In this document: piece after piece, positions 27,599-36,576 of the stretch
How the letters are laid out: each line of letters opens with the position of its first letter
Numbering within the stretch: position 1 is the first letter of the stretch
Source of the DNA: Candidatus Poribacteria bacterium
Lineage (GTDB): Bacteria; Poribacteria; WGA-4E; PCPOR2b
Direction of reading: 5' to 3'
Assembly: GCA_022822005.1 (NCBI GenBank)
Contig: JAJECO010000040.1
Span: 192,090 to 256,089, forward strand
Length of the DNA: 64,000 nt
Notes under the pieces: model-generated
The model's database searches: none
Told to the model about the DNA's origin: nothing
What the model saw: the letters and a program-made list of their open reading frames with translations, nothing else
Program-made: the position numbers and the translations under genes

Positions 27599-28330
27599 CT
27601 TGTAATGTACTCCCAAAGCTGAAGCTTTAATTTTACTTGACGTTCACTGAGTTACGGGCTATTATCATTCGACACCTCTTTTGAAATAGCATAGGAGCGA
27701 ACCTGCTGCCAGTAGCGACAAATGATATTGGGGATTTACTGTTTGCCTGGAGGCGTAAAGTCGAACAGATTGATTGAGGAGTCTTCGGCAAACGTCTGCA
27801 TTTAGACGAAAGCAGTTAGCTCGATACTTTATTGAGCTGCCTCTGAGGGTTGGCTAAATTCAAAATCAACCTTCACATAAGGAGACTTTCCGACTGGTAT
27901 GTATGCCCACACATCTTTTTGTTCAAGGTAACACGTAGCTCTTTACGTGGAGGAGGTTCACCTTTCAACACTACCCGCCCACTAATGGTTCCTGCCTGTC
28001 CAGACTCAAGTGCACTTTGGACTGTTTCCAGAGTTCTTGGTGCCCGTTTTAGTGATGTAGGTTGAGAGATTTGAGCTGACTGCGGGGCGGAATTGGTCTG
28101 TAGGTTACCCTGTAAACATAAATAAAGGAAAAGACATAGTAAGAGCAATAGCTTGAAATCAACCGACGGCAAATGATCATAGATCTTCCTTTCCGTTTGC
28201 CAAGCGTTACGTCAACACCCCATCGAGTGTGGAGGGTCGTCCGCATTATATCAATCCGTTGAGGACACGTCAAGCAAATTGCGGATTGCTATTGCTATCT
28301 TTGCTGAACGATTCAGCGAAAGGAAACCCC

Positions 28331-28735
28331 ATGAAAAGGGTATGGATTGGCTTCATTCTTTTATTGATTATATCTGCTTGTTCGGACAGGAACACGCCTG
28401 AGGATGTTGCGGAGGATTTTGTTTATAACTACTACCTGCATGCAAACCAAGCGATGGCACTACGTTTGAGCGAAGGACTTGCTAAGGAAAAGCTGAAATC
28501 GGAAATCGAAATCTTACGGGAAGTCCGAAGCGGTAGTGACCAATCCCAAGTCAAGCCAAATCTTGAGTATAAGCAGGTGGGGAAAAAAATTGAGGACGAA
28601 AACCGCGTATTTTTCAGATACCAACTGATTATCAAAGGCACAAGTTTTTCAAACACGGTTCGCAACACTGTGATTTTCACTGAACTGATTGAAGGGCAGT
28701 GGAAAGTCACCAATTTTGATGAGTACGTGGAGTAG
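28331..28735 (+). CDS. Hypothetical lipoprotein
   Basis: MKRVWIGFILLLIISAC lipobox (L-I-S-A-C). No recognisable family. The ORF track start (28229) lies upstream of the signal peptide. Confidence 0.5.
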   Translation: MKRVWIGFILLLIISACSDRNTPEDVAEDFVYNYYLHANQAMALRLSEGLAKEKLKSEIEILREVRSGSDQSQVKPNLEYKQVGKKIEDENRVFFRYQLIIKGTSFSNTVRNTVIFTELIEGQWKVTNFDEYVE

Positions 28736-28779
28736 TGAAACAGGAAAACGAAAAACGCTGTTTTCTCAATAACGTGTAG

Positions 28780-29727
28780 TTACGGGACAACGCGCTTGAG
28801 CCCTCCCCAAATCGTGGATTTTTTGCCTGTGGGAGCAACTGAAAAAGTAGGGTCAAACCATGCCGGATCAGCGTCATCATCGGGATGCTTGGTGAGTCTT
28901 TGCGGATTCTGCCCATCGGTGTCTATTATATAGATTTCGAAGTTACCATCTCTATCAGACGCAAAGGCGATCCGCTCACCGTCAGGGGACCATGAGGGAT
29001 GCCAATCACTACGGAGATTATTAGTGAGTCTTTGTTGGTTGCCTCCATCGGCAGCCATCACGTAAATTTCGAAGTTCCTATCTCTTTCAGACGCAAAGGC
29101 AATCCGTTCACCGTCAGGGGACCATGAGGGATGCCAGTCGCTACGAAGATTATCAGTGAGTCTTTGTTGGTTGCCTCCATCGGCAGCCATCACGTAGATT
29201 TCGAAGTTTCCGTCTTTATCAGACGCAAAGGCAATCCGTTCGCCATCAGGGGACCATGAGGGATGCCAGTCGCTACGGCGATTATTGGTCAGTCTTTGTT
29301 GATTCTTCCCATTGGTGTCTATCATGTAGATTTCGAAGTTACCATCTCTATCAGACGCGAAGGCGATCCGCTCACCGTCCGGCGACCACGAGGGATGCCA
29401 GTCGTTACGGCGATTAATGGTGAGTCTTCGCGGATTATTTCCATCGGCGTCCATCACGTAGATTTCACTGTTCCGATCTCGTTTGGAACTAAAGACAATG
29501 TGTTTACCGCCCGGCGCCCATGAGGGATCCCATTCAACAGCGGGATTGTTGGTGAGTCTTCGCAGATTTTCCCCATCAACGTTCACCACGTAGATTTCAG
29601 GGTTTCCATCCCTCTCAGACACGAAAGCAATCCGTGCCTGTGCGTCAACGCCTATTATTAGCAGCGTTAGACCCCAGACTACCACGCCAGCTAAAATCGG
29701 ATGAGCTAGATTGCATCTCTGTCGCAT
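28780..29727 (-). CDS. TolB-like PD40 beta-propeller repeat protein (six or more 44-aa repeats)
   Basis: Repeated units [44 protein letters not shown]. Underlying 132-bp DNA repeats are nearly identical (ccgtcagggg recurs at 28979, 29111 and 29243). N-terminal signal/TM. Confidence 0.8.
   Translation of the reverse strand: [315 protein letters not shown]
28900..29600. repeat. Intragenic 132-bp tandem repeat array (about 5-6 copies) encoding PD40 blades
   Basis: Period of exactly 132 nt measured between recurring ccgtcaggggaccatgagggatgcca blocks. Copies differ by only a few substitutions. Confidence 0.8.
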
Positions 29728-29910
29728 CCGTCATTTCTCCTCTGATCTTAAATCGTCTTTTTAGCCTTTGGAGTTGATAGAGATCAGCTGGTGTTGACGA
29801 TCCCTTTCCAACTAAAGGCATAGCTCGAATTATTATCGCATGCAGGCTGCGGTCCTTCCTCGGTGTTTATGCCCCGACCTCAACAAACACTGTTTTTTCA
29901 ATCACAGCAG

Positions 29911-30222
29911 TTATTGGACATCTTGTTTAAGCCAGCCCCATATCGTGAATTTTTTAGCTGCGGGAGCAACTGCAAAAGCAGGGTCAAACCATGTAGGATC
30001 AATGTCATTACGGGGCATATTGGTGAGTCTTTGCGGATTATCTCCATCGGCCTCCATCACGTAGATTTGCCGGGTCCCCTCCCTTTCAGATACAAAAGCA
30101 ATCTGTGCCGGCGGGGCAGCGCATACCATCAGCGGCGTCAGCACCAAGGCTATAACGATAGCCAAGATCAAATGCACAAGATTGTATCTTCGGTACATCT
30201 GCCCTTCCTCTTCTGTTTTCAA
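29911..30222 (-). CDS. Short PD40-repeat protein, collapsed paralog of 28780..29727 (single blade)
   Basis: N-terminal LILAIVIALVLTPLMVCAAPPAQIAFVSEREGTRQIYVMEADGDNPQRLTN and C-terminal DPAFAVAPAAKKFTIWGWLKQDVQ match the N- and C-termini of the upstream 315-aa protein ([24 protein letters not shown]), with the internal repeats absent. Confidence 0.55.
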   Translation of the reverse strand: MKTEEEGQMYRRYNLVHLILAIVIALVLTPLMVCAAPPAQIAFVSEREGTRQIYVMEADGDNPQRLTNMPRNDIDPTWFDPAFAVAPAAKKFTIWGWLKQDVQ

Positions 30223-30324
30223 ATCATTTTTTTCTTTGGAACGGATAGAGGTCAGTTAATGTTGGCAACTCCCTTACAATTAAAGGGCTAATTCGATCTA
30301 CTAACGGTGTTGGGCTTGGATAGT

Positions 30325-31170
30325 CTATATTTCTACCCAATGCCGGTATAACGGTTTCACATTGTCAGGCAGTGACTCGTAGACATCTGCTCGTATAAGA
30401 GGTGAATCGTAATTTTTCCCGTCTGTCTCAATCACGATCTGGGTGTGCTCTGGATTTCCAGCCTGTGTGGGATTCAGATTAAGCCACCACGGTGCATAGC
30501 GAACGATGATGGCGACACGTGGTTTGTCACTACGATTTGGGGGCACCGCATGCCAGAGTCGGCTGTCGTAGAGTAGTACACTACCTGCGGAACCCGAAAC
30601 CTGCGTTTCCGTCGGATATGGGGCGTCGGGATTAATTCCCGCTATCCCCGCTGCCGAAGGATTGTCGTCGGTTCTATGGCTTCCGGGGATGATATAGGTG
30701 CCCCCTGTTTCGGGACCAAATGGGGTCAGCATCCAAATCGTTGATAGGTGCATGATTGTATCCGGATACGGTGCGGGAATATGCGTTGCATTGGTTTGAT
30801 TGTAGGGCCAGTCCGCATGCCAGTAACCTCGCTCATTTCCGGGATAGTTTATCACGCAATCAGTGCAGGATATTCGCACATACGACCCGAACAGCGCGTC
30901 GGTAAGCGCCATAATCCGATCATCTGCTAAATATGGAGCGAAGGTCTGGGTTTCGTTGATGACCCCTCTCATATTTGCAACACCCTGAACACCCACACGG
31001 TGTCCTCGCGATCTTGTTTTTGCAAGTTCTGCTTCCGCTTTTTTGTGGTGTACCGCTTGTGCTGCCACTACACTCTCTCGCACCTCATCAATTTTGTCAT
31101 CTGGGATGACTCCTTCAAGGACGCAATAGCCATTCATTTTCAATTGGTGTAGCTTTTCTTCGGTGGACAT
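30325..31170 (-). CDS. Phytanoyl-CoA dioxygenase (PhyH) family oxygenase
   Basis: ...YWHADWPYNQ... / ...GGTYIIPGSHR... / ...RLWHAVPPN...: PhyH-type HxD...H triad and RxS motif. Confidence 0.7.
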   Translation of the reverse strand: MSTEEKLHQLKMNGYCVLEGVIPDDKIDEVRESVVAAQAVHHKKAEAELAKTRSRGHRVGVQGVANMRGVINETQTFAPYLADDRIMALTDALFGSYVRISCTDCVINYPGNERGYWHADWPYNQTNATHIPAPYPDTIMHLSTIWMLTPFGPETGGTYIIPGSHRTDDNPSAAGIAGINPDAPYPTETQVSGSAGSVLLYDSRLWHAVPPNRSDKPRVAIIVRYAPWWLNLNPTQAGNPEHTQIVIETDGKNYDSPLIRADVYESLPDNVKPLYRHWVEI

Positions 31171-31512
31171 GCTCCCCTCCTGATGTCTTACATCACTACT
31201 AATACGCCGATTCCATACATAGATAGTATACAGGCAAGGTGCAAAAGCGTCGGTAGGCGCTCTGCAACCCGTACGTCAAGAATCGCCTTTTTTGTCAATT
31301 ATACCACTCAAAAGAACTTTCGGGTGAAAAACCGTTGAAAATCCGGCGGGTAAATGGAAGATAATTTCCAGAGCTTGTGCTTGGTGTGATTTTTTAGGGA
31401 CTCCGTTTGCCTAACTGTATATAGCAACCAAATCGGAACGCAGTTTCGCACCTTTGTTCTGCTCAAGAACTATGGCCCCGGATAGAACCCAAGTAAGATT
31501 CTCTGATTTATG

Positions 31513-31541
31513 TTGATAGGAAAGCGAAAAACAGGTACAAT
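31513..31541 (+). promoter_or_regulatory. Sigma70-like promoter TTGATA-17-TACAAT with about 120-nt leader before the HpcH aldolase gene
   Basis: ttgata ggaaagcgaaaaacagg tacaat read in sequence. The gene ATG is at 31674 (RBS aaaggaag). Confidence 0.4.
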
Positions 31542-31673
31542 GGATTTTTAAGACTTTCCAACAGTTAGCGGTGAAAGTCCCGATGTTGTTTATCTGTTAT
31601 GGGTGCCACCACATTGTGAAGATTAGATTGGAAGTTTTTATCTGGTAGAAAAAAATTAGAAAGGAAGTATCAG

Positions 31674-32381
31674 ATGGCAGAAAAAAGTTTGAAACAACGT
31701 ATACGCGATGGAGAGGTACTTATCGGGCGGGGAGCCCCCGTTGCATCGGATCCGGATGATCTCAGAGCCATCCTTGATGGGGCAGATTTCGATTTCATTA
31801 ATACCGATAGTCAACACTCCGCATTTAACGAAGAACGCCTGAAAACCTTTTGCGAAGTCGCGGACGAATTCGATATGCCGGTTCAATTCCGGATTAAGCA
31901 CACCCGTAATGCCTACCTTATCGGCAACTATCTGGATCTGGGACCGACGGGCATTGAGGTGCCGCAGGTAGAACTTGAATCGACAGTTGATGAAGCCATT
32001 GATTTCTTTTACTATCCACAGGTCGGCAAGCGCAGCTGGGGCGGTGCTTCTCGGAAGGTCGCCCCGGAACACAGCGGACGTCTCGAGTATGCGCAATGGT
32101 GGAACGAAAACGGTGTCCTCTGGATGCAGATAGAGTCTGTTGACGCGGTCACGAACGCGAGAAAACTGGCTAAACCGGGGGTTGATTGCCTTTCTTTCGG
32201 ACCAGCGGATCTGACCTTCAGCCTCGAAAGCTATCCCCACCATTCGCTCAAAACCCTTGATGACTGTGCGCGTCATGTAGCGGAGCAGTTGCAAGGTACC
32301 GGCGTTGCGGTCTGCCTTCGGGGTATTGCACCAGATGATCGCGATAGATATATTGATATGGGGATTACGATGTTCCTTTAA
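31674..32381 (+). CDS. HpcH/HpaI family aldolase (2-keto-3-deoxy-sugar acid / citrate-lyase-beta-like)
   Basis: ...FDFINTDSQHSAFNEE...IESVDAV...SFGPADLTFSL, HpcH/HpaI motifs. Confidence 0.7.
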   Translation: MAEKSLKQRIRDGEVLIGRGAPVASDPDDLRAILDGADFDFINTDSQHSAFNEERLKTFCEVADEFDMPVQFRIKHTRNAYLIGNYLDLGPTGIEVPQVELESTVDEAIDFFYYPQVGKRSWGGASRKVAPEHSGRLEYAQWWNENGVLWMQIESVDAVTNARKLAKPGVDCLSFGPADLTFSLESYPHHSLKTLDDCARHVAEQLQGTGVAVCLRGIAPDDRDRYIDMGITMFL

Positions 32382-32477
32382 TCACCAAAGTCCATTATAG
32401 AACTTAATCCTTGCGTGGGCTCGATACCTTCGCAAGGATTAAGCTGTCACAGAATCACAGGAGGAGGAATTGGTTAT

Positions 32478-33275
32478 ATGGTAATGGCTAATACGTTTCG
32501 TGAGAAACTCGACCAAGGAAAACCAACCATTGGGACACACTACCTCTCCAGCGATCCAGATCTTCCTGAGATCATTGGGGATACCGGTCTGTTTGACTAC
32601 GGCGAGTTCTGTGCCGAATATAGCACTTTTGACATGCAGCTGCTCTATCACATGGCACGTTCAGGGCAGTGTGGCAACTTACCACTAATGACAAAACTCG
32701 ACCAGAAAAGCGAGAGCTTTTGGGCGCAAGCTGCGCTCGGTGCGGGCTTTAAGGCGGTTCTCTTTACGGATGTGCGTACCGTAGAGGATATTGAACGATG
32801 TCACCGTGCGATCAGACCGGACCTCCCGGGTGTCGATGGGCACATGGGGGTAAAGATTCGTCGTTCGGCACTGTCAGGTTATAGCGCGGACGGTTACATC
32901 GAAGATCTGAATTCGATTGTGTTTTTGATCATGATCGAGAAGAACATAGCGGTTGATAACATTGACGAGATTCTGACTGTTGCAAAAGAAAAAGGGGTTG
33001 ATATGACCCAATGGGGTCCCGCAGATTTTGGCTTCTCCAGAGGTGAACCAAACCTCATGAACACCCCGGAGATACAGCCGTTTGAAGAATTTGTCATCAA
33101 GAAATCAATAGAATACGACGTTGCTCCACGGATCGAAATTGGTCAACCTGAAGAAGCAAAACGGTATATTGATCTGGGTGTCCGTCACTTCTGTATGGGC
33201 TGGGACCGATTCATATACCAAAGCAGCTTAACCCAACTCGGCAAAGGGCTTCGAAAAATTGTAGACCCCCTCTAA
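32478..33275 (+). CDS. HpcH/HpaI aldolase family protein (second paralog)
   Basis: ...IMIEKNIAVDNIDEIL...WGPADFGFS..., HpcH-like TIM barrel. Start set at the ATG at 32478, preceded by ggaggagg. Confidence 0.55.
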   Translation: MVMANTFREKLDQGKPTIGTHYLSSDPDLPEIIGDTGLFDYGEFCAEYSTFDMQLLYHMARSGQCGNLPLMTKLDQKSESFWAQAALGAGFKAVLFTDVRTVEDIERCHRAIRPDLPGVDGHMGVKIRRSALSGYSADGYIEDLNSIVFLIMIEKNIAVDNIDEILTVAKEKGVDMTQWGPADFGFSRGEPNLMNTPEIQPFEEFVIKKSIEYDVAPRIEIGQPEEAKRYIDLGVRHFCMGWDRFIYQSSLTQLGKGLRKIVDPL

Positions 33276-33398
33276 TAATGGATGCTATCTGGCGATCGAG
33301 GTTTTAGCGGGAAGTGTGCTCTCGATTAAAACCTCGGCTGCCGATCCACCGAGTCAAAATGGTGGTCACAATGAGTGTAGTCAATACAGGAGGCGAAT

Positions 33399-34334
33399 AT
33401 GGAGTTAGCAGACATTAAAAAGGTGGGAGTTGTTGGGGGTGGAACCATGGGGTTCGGTATCGCGATAAATTTCGCGTTAGGCGGGTACCCCACCATAATC
33501 AGGGATCTCAGTGATGCACTTCTTCAGCAGTCTACGAAAAATATCCAAGCCTCCATGGACCTCTTTGTCGAGGAGGAACTAATAACCCAAGCGGAAGCCG
33601 ATGGTACCCTCAGCCGAATCACAACTACCACCAAGCTGGAGGAAGTGGCAACACAAAGCGATTTTATCACCGAAGTCATTGTCGAACGGCTAAAGGACAA
33701 GCAGGTTCTCTTCAAGACACTGGATCAGTTGTGCCCACCGCATACCATCATCGTTAGCAATACCTCCGGATTTGTTATGAGCGATATTGGCGCGGATGTC
33801 AGGCGGCAAGACAAAATTGGATTAACACACTATTTCGCACCGCCGCACATCGTGCCGGGTGTTGAAGTCGCTAAGGGTCCCGGCACAACCGACGAAACAT
33901 ACAATATCATCTATGACTTGATGCAAAAGGTTAGGAAGATCCCAATCCGGGTACGCAAAGAGTTACCGGGCTATCTGCTAAACCGGATACAGGGGGCGAT
34001 GGGACGCGAGGCAGCGAGATTGTGGGCAGAAGGGGTGGCAACCGCTGAAGACATTGAACTCGGCATCCAGTCTACTTTTGGTTTTCGGATGCCCCACGAA
34101 GGTCCATTTCTCCACTACGATTTAGCGGGTATCTGGAAATGGTCCGCAGATATACGAACGCGGAGACGGAGGGGATCCGAACCATCTGACGAGGTGGCTG
34201 AGAAAATCAGTGAGCGTATGGACGAAGGAAAACCGTGGTTTGTTGATCCGAACAGGTTCGATGAGGCGGTCGAGAAAAGGGATAGAGAGTACATACGTCG
34301 TTTGAAAGAACTGTACCGGACAGATGAAAAATAG
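33399..34334 (+). CDS. 3-hydroxyacyl-CoA dehydrogenase family NAD-binding protein
   Basis: VGVVGGGTMGFGIAINFALGGY Rossmann. ...SNTSGF...HYFAPPHIVPGVEVAKGP...LLNRIQGAMGREAARLW, HADH N- and C-domains. Confidence 0.75.
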   Translation: MELADIKKVGVVGGGTMGFGIAINFALGGYPTIIRDLSDALLQQSTKNIQASMDLFVEEELITQAEADGTLSRITTTTKLEEVATQSDFITEVIVERLKDKQVLFKTLDQLCPPHTIIVSNTSGFVMSDIGADVRRQDKIGLTHYFAPPHIVPGVEVAKGPGTTDETYNIIYDLMQKVRKIPIRVRKELPGYLLNRIQGAMGREAARLWAEGVATAEDIELGIQSTFGFRMPHEGPFLHYDLAGIWKWSADIRTRRRRGSEPSDEVAEKISERMDEGKPWFVDPNRFDEAVEKRDREYIRRLKELYRTDEK

Positions 34335-34386
34335 AATGCCACAAGATATTGTGAAATGAAGGCTCTGAAAAAAGGACGCAATAAGC

Positions 34387-35037
34387 ATGACTGGTTACGC
34401 CGTGGTTTTATTTGATCTAGACGGAACCCTTACCGATTCAAAACTTGGCATTACCAAGTCCGTTCAATATGCCTTATCGAAATTTAAGATCCGAGAAGAC
34501 AATCTTGATAACCTTGAATCTTTTATTGGTCCACCGCTGTCTGAGTCATTTCAGAAACATTACGACTTTAACTCTGGTCAAGCGCAACAGGCTGTTGATT
34601 TTTATCGCGAATATTTTTCTACGTCTGGAATATATGAAAATGAGGTATACCCCGGAATCCCCGATCTCTTGGCAGATCTGAAGAGCAAGCGGAAGGAGCT
34701 AATCGTTGCAACATCGAAGCCAACCGTTTATGCTAATCAGATTCTAAATGCCTTCAACCTCGATCAATACTTCACTGTCGTTGTCGGAAGCCACCTTGAC
34801 GGGACAAGGACTTCAAAGACCGAGATTATCGCACACGCATTATCGGCGCTGGAAAAACCGAAAGAAAGCAACGCCGCGATGGTAGGAGATCGGGAACATG
34901 ACGTCATTGGTGCCCAAGGTAATGCGATTGACTCGATTGCGGTGACCTATGGATATGGCACACCTCTGGAATTACAACGTGCGAATCCTACCTACTTGGC
35001 TCATACTGTTGAGGACATTAGAACATTGACCGGCTAA
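34387..35037 (+). CDS. HAD-superfamily hydrolase (phosphoglycolate phosphatase-like, subfamily IA)
   Basis: VLFDLDGTLTDS motif I, ATSKP motif II, MVGDREHD motif IV. Confidence 0.75.
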   Translation: MTGYAVVLFDLDGTLTDSKLGITKSVQYALSKFKIREDNLDNLESFIGPPLSESFQKHYDFNSGQAQQAVDFYREYFSTSGIYENEVYPGIPDLLADLKSKRKELIVATSKPTVYANQILNAFNLDQYFTVVVGSHLDGTRTSKTEIIAHALSALEKPKESNAAMVGDREHDVIGAQGNAIDSIAVTYGYGTPLELQRANPTYLAHTVEDIRTLTG

Positions 35038-35199
35038 TGCAGAAGTTCTACAACTGTTTTTAGGGCGTTAAACGTTGTTCCCATTCGCTGCAGATCCAAA
35101 ACCGGTCTGCAAGTCCTTAGTGTTTTGGTCGTTGGGTGTTGCAGGTGTTGCAGCATGATTTCGTTTTTTGTATGATATGGGCTGTGCACCAAGAGCAAT

Positions 35200-35493
35200 T
35201 CAGGGCAGGGCAGCAGCAATGTCCCCGTACTCTTCCTCCGTGAATGCGCGAAGGGTTTCAACGCGGACGTTACCTTCTGACGCAGTGGAAAGCGCGAACT
35301 TGGCTGCGGTCTTATCATCTGGCGCTTCAATGATAGTGATGAAGTCGTATTGTCCCATCACCAGATAAAACGCTTTAAATTCTGCACCGAGAGCGAGAGC
35401 GTTTTTTTGGGCAGCTTTAGTACGTGCAGGGCCTTCTTTAATGTTCTGTATACCTTGTTGTGTGTAATGACCTAATGCAATATAAGTAGGCAT
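35200..35493 (-). CDS. GYD-domain protein
   Basis: MPTYIALGHYTQQGIQNIKEGPARTKAAQKNALALGAEFKAFYLVMGQYDFITIIEAPDDKTAAKFAL..., full-length GYD family pattern. Confidence 0.65.
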   Translation of the reverse strand: MPTYIALGHYTQQGIQNIKEGPARTKAAQKNALALGAEFKAFYLVMGQYDFITIIEAPDDKTAAKFALSTASEGNVRVETLRAFTEEEYGDIAAALP

Positions 35494-35680
35494 TGAATTC
35501 CCTCCCTTGATGGCTATTTATGGTATCCTCTCAAAACTCGGCTCATTGTAGCAAAAGGCGCGAAATCCGACAATGGAAAATTGAAGAAGGGACGTAGGAT
35601 GTGCAAGGTGTGAACGAGATGAATTCGGAACGAAAAGGGGCATTACTTTCGCATCGTGAAATAAGTTCAGAGAATGGGGT

Positions 35681-36520
35681 ATGTGTATGAACAATGATAG
35701 GATCGCTTTACAAAGTCTCAATGGTTCAATCGCAGTGGTGACTGGAGCGGCTCAAGGGTTAGGTCTTGGAATCGTCGAGCAACTCGCCCGTGACGGTGCA
35801 ACGACAATTATCGCCGATCTGCAACTGGAAAAGGCTGAGGCAGAAGCTGACCGGCTACGTGCTGACGGCTTGAAGGTGTGTGCTGCACACTTGGACATCA
35901 CCAACAGCACTGAGGTAACAGCATTTTTTGAAAGAGTTGTCAGCGAACATGGACGGTTGGATATTCTGGTCAACAACGCTGGCACGGGTCAAAAGGTCAC
36001 TCCCATCGTTGAGTTGAGTGATGCGGAGTGGGACCGTGTGTTAAACGTCACCTTGACTGGGGCATTTTACTGTTGCCGCGCTGCCGGTGGGATTATGGAG
36101 GATCAGGAACGGGGCTGCATCGTTAATGTTGCCTCAATCAATGGCCAAAATCCAGCGGCGCTGGTTGCAGCCTATAACGTAGCAAAGGCGGGCATAATCA
36201 GCCTGACCAAAACATTGGCTATCGAATTGGCAGCCTATGGAATCCGAGTAAACGCCGTGAGCCCCGGTCCGGTTTATACCGAATTTAACAGGAGAAACAT
36301 GGCGCAACGTTGCGAGACACTTAATATTACTGAGGACGAGATGATCGAGCGCATCCGTAGTGCCATTCCGTTGGGACGATGGGGCGAACCCACCGACATT
36401 GCCCGCGGTGTTGCTTTTCTATGTAGTCCGCAAGCATCCTGGATTACGGGCGAGGTACTTAGGGTTAGCGGTGGCATGGAAGGTGTCTCTGCAACTCCAC
36501 CGAAGCGCCAAAAGAACTAA
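35681..36520 (+). CDS. SDR-family oxidoreductase (3-oxoacyl-ACP reductase-like)
   Basis: VTGAAQGLGLGI TGxxxGxG. NNAG. YNVAKAG catalytic YxxxK. Confidence 0.8.
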   Translation: MCMNNDRIALQSLNGSIAVVTGAAQGLGLGIVEQLARDGATTIIADLQLEKAEAEADRLRADGLKVCAAHLDITNSTEVTAFFERVVSEHGRLDILVNNAGTGQKVTPIVELSDAEWDRVLNVTLTGAFYCCRAAGGIMEDQERGCIVNVASINGQNPAALVAAYNVAKAGIISLTKTLAIELAAYGIRVNAVSPGPVYTEFNRRNMAQRCETLNITEDEMIERIRSAIPLGRWGEPTDIARGVAFLCSPQASWITGEVLRVSGGMEGVSATPPKRQKN

Positions 36521-36576
36521 ATATTAATCTTGCCATTTGGAATGGGCGCATAAACTTATGCTAAGGAGATTACTGA

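Noticed and set aside
31656-32294. 212-aa minus-strand ORF
   Set aside because: Antisense to the HpcH aldolase gene, which has clear family motifs on the plus strand.
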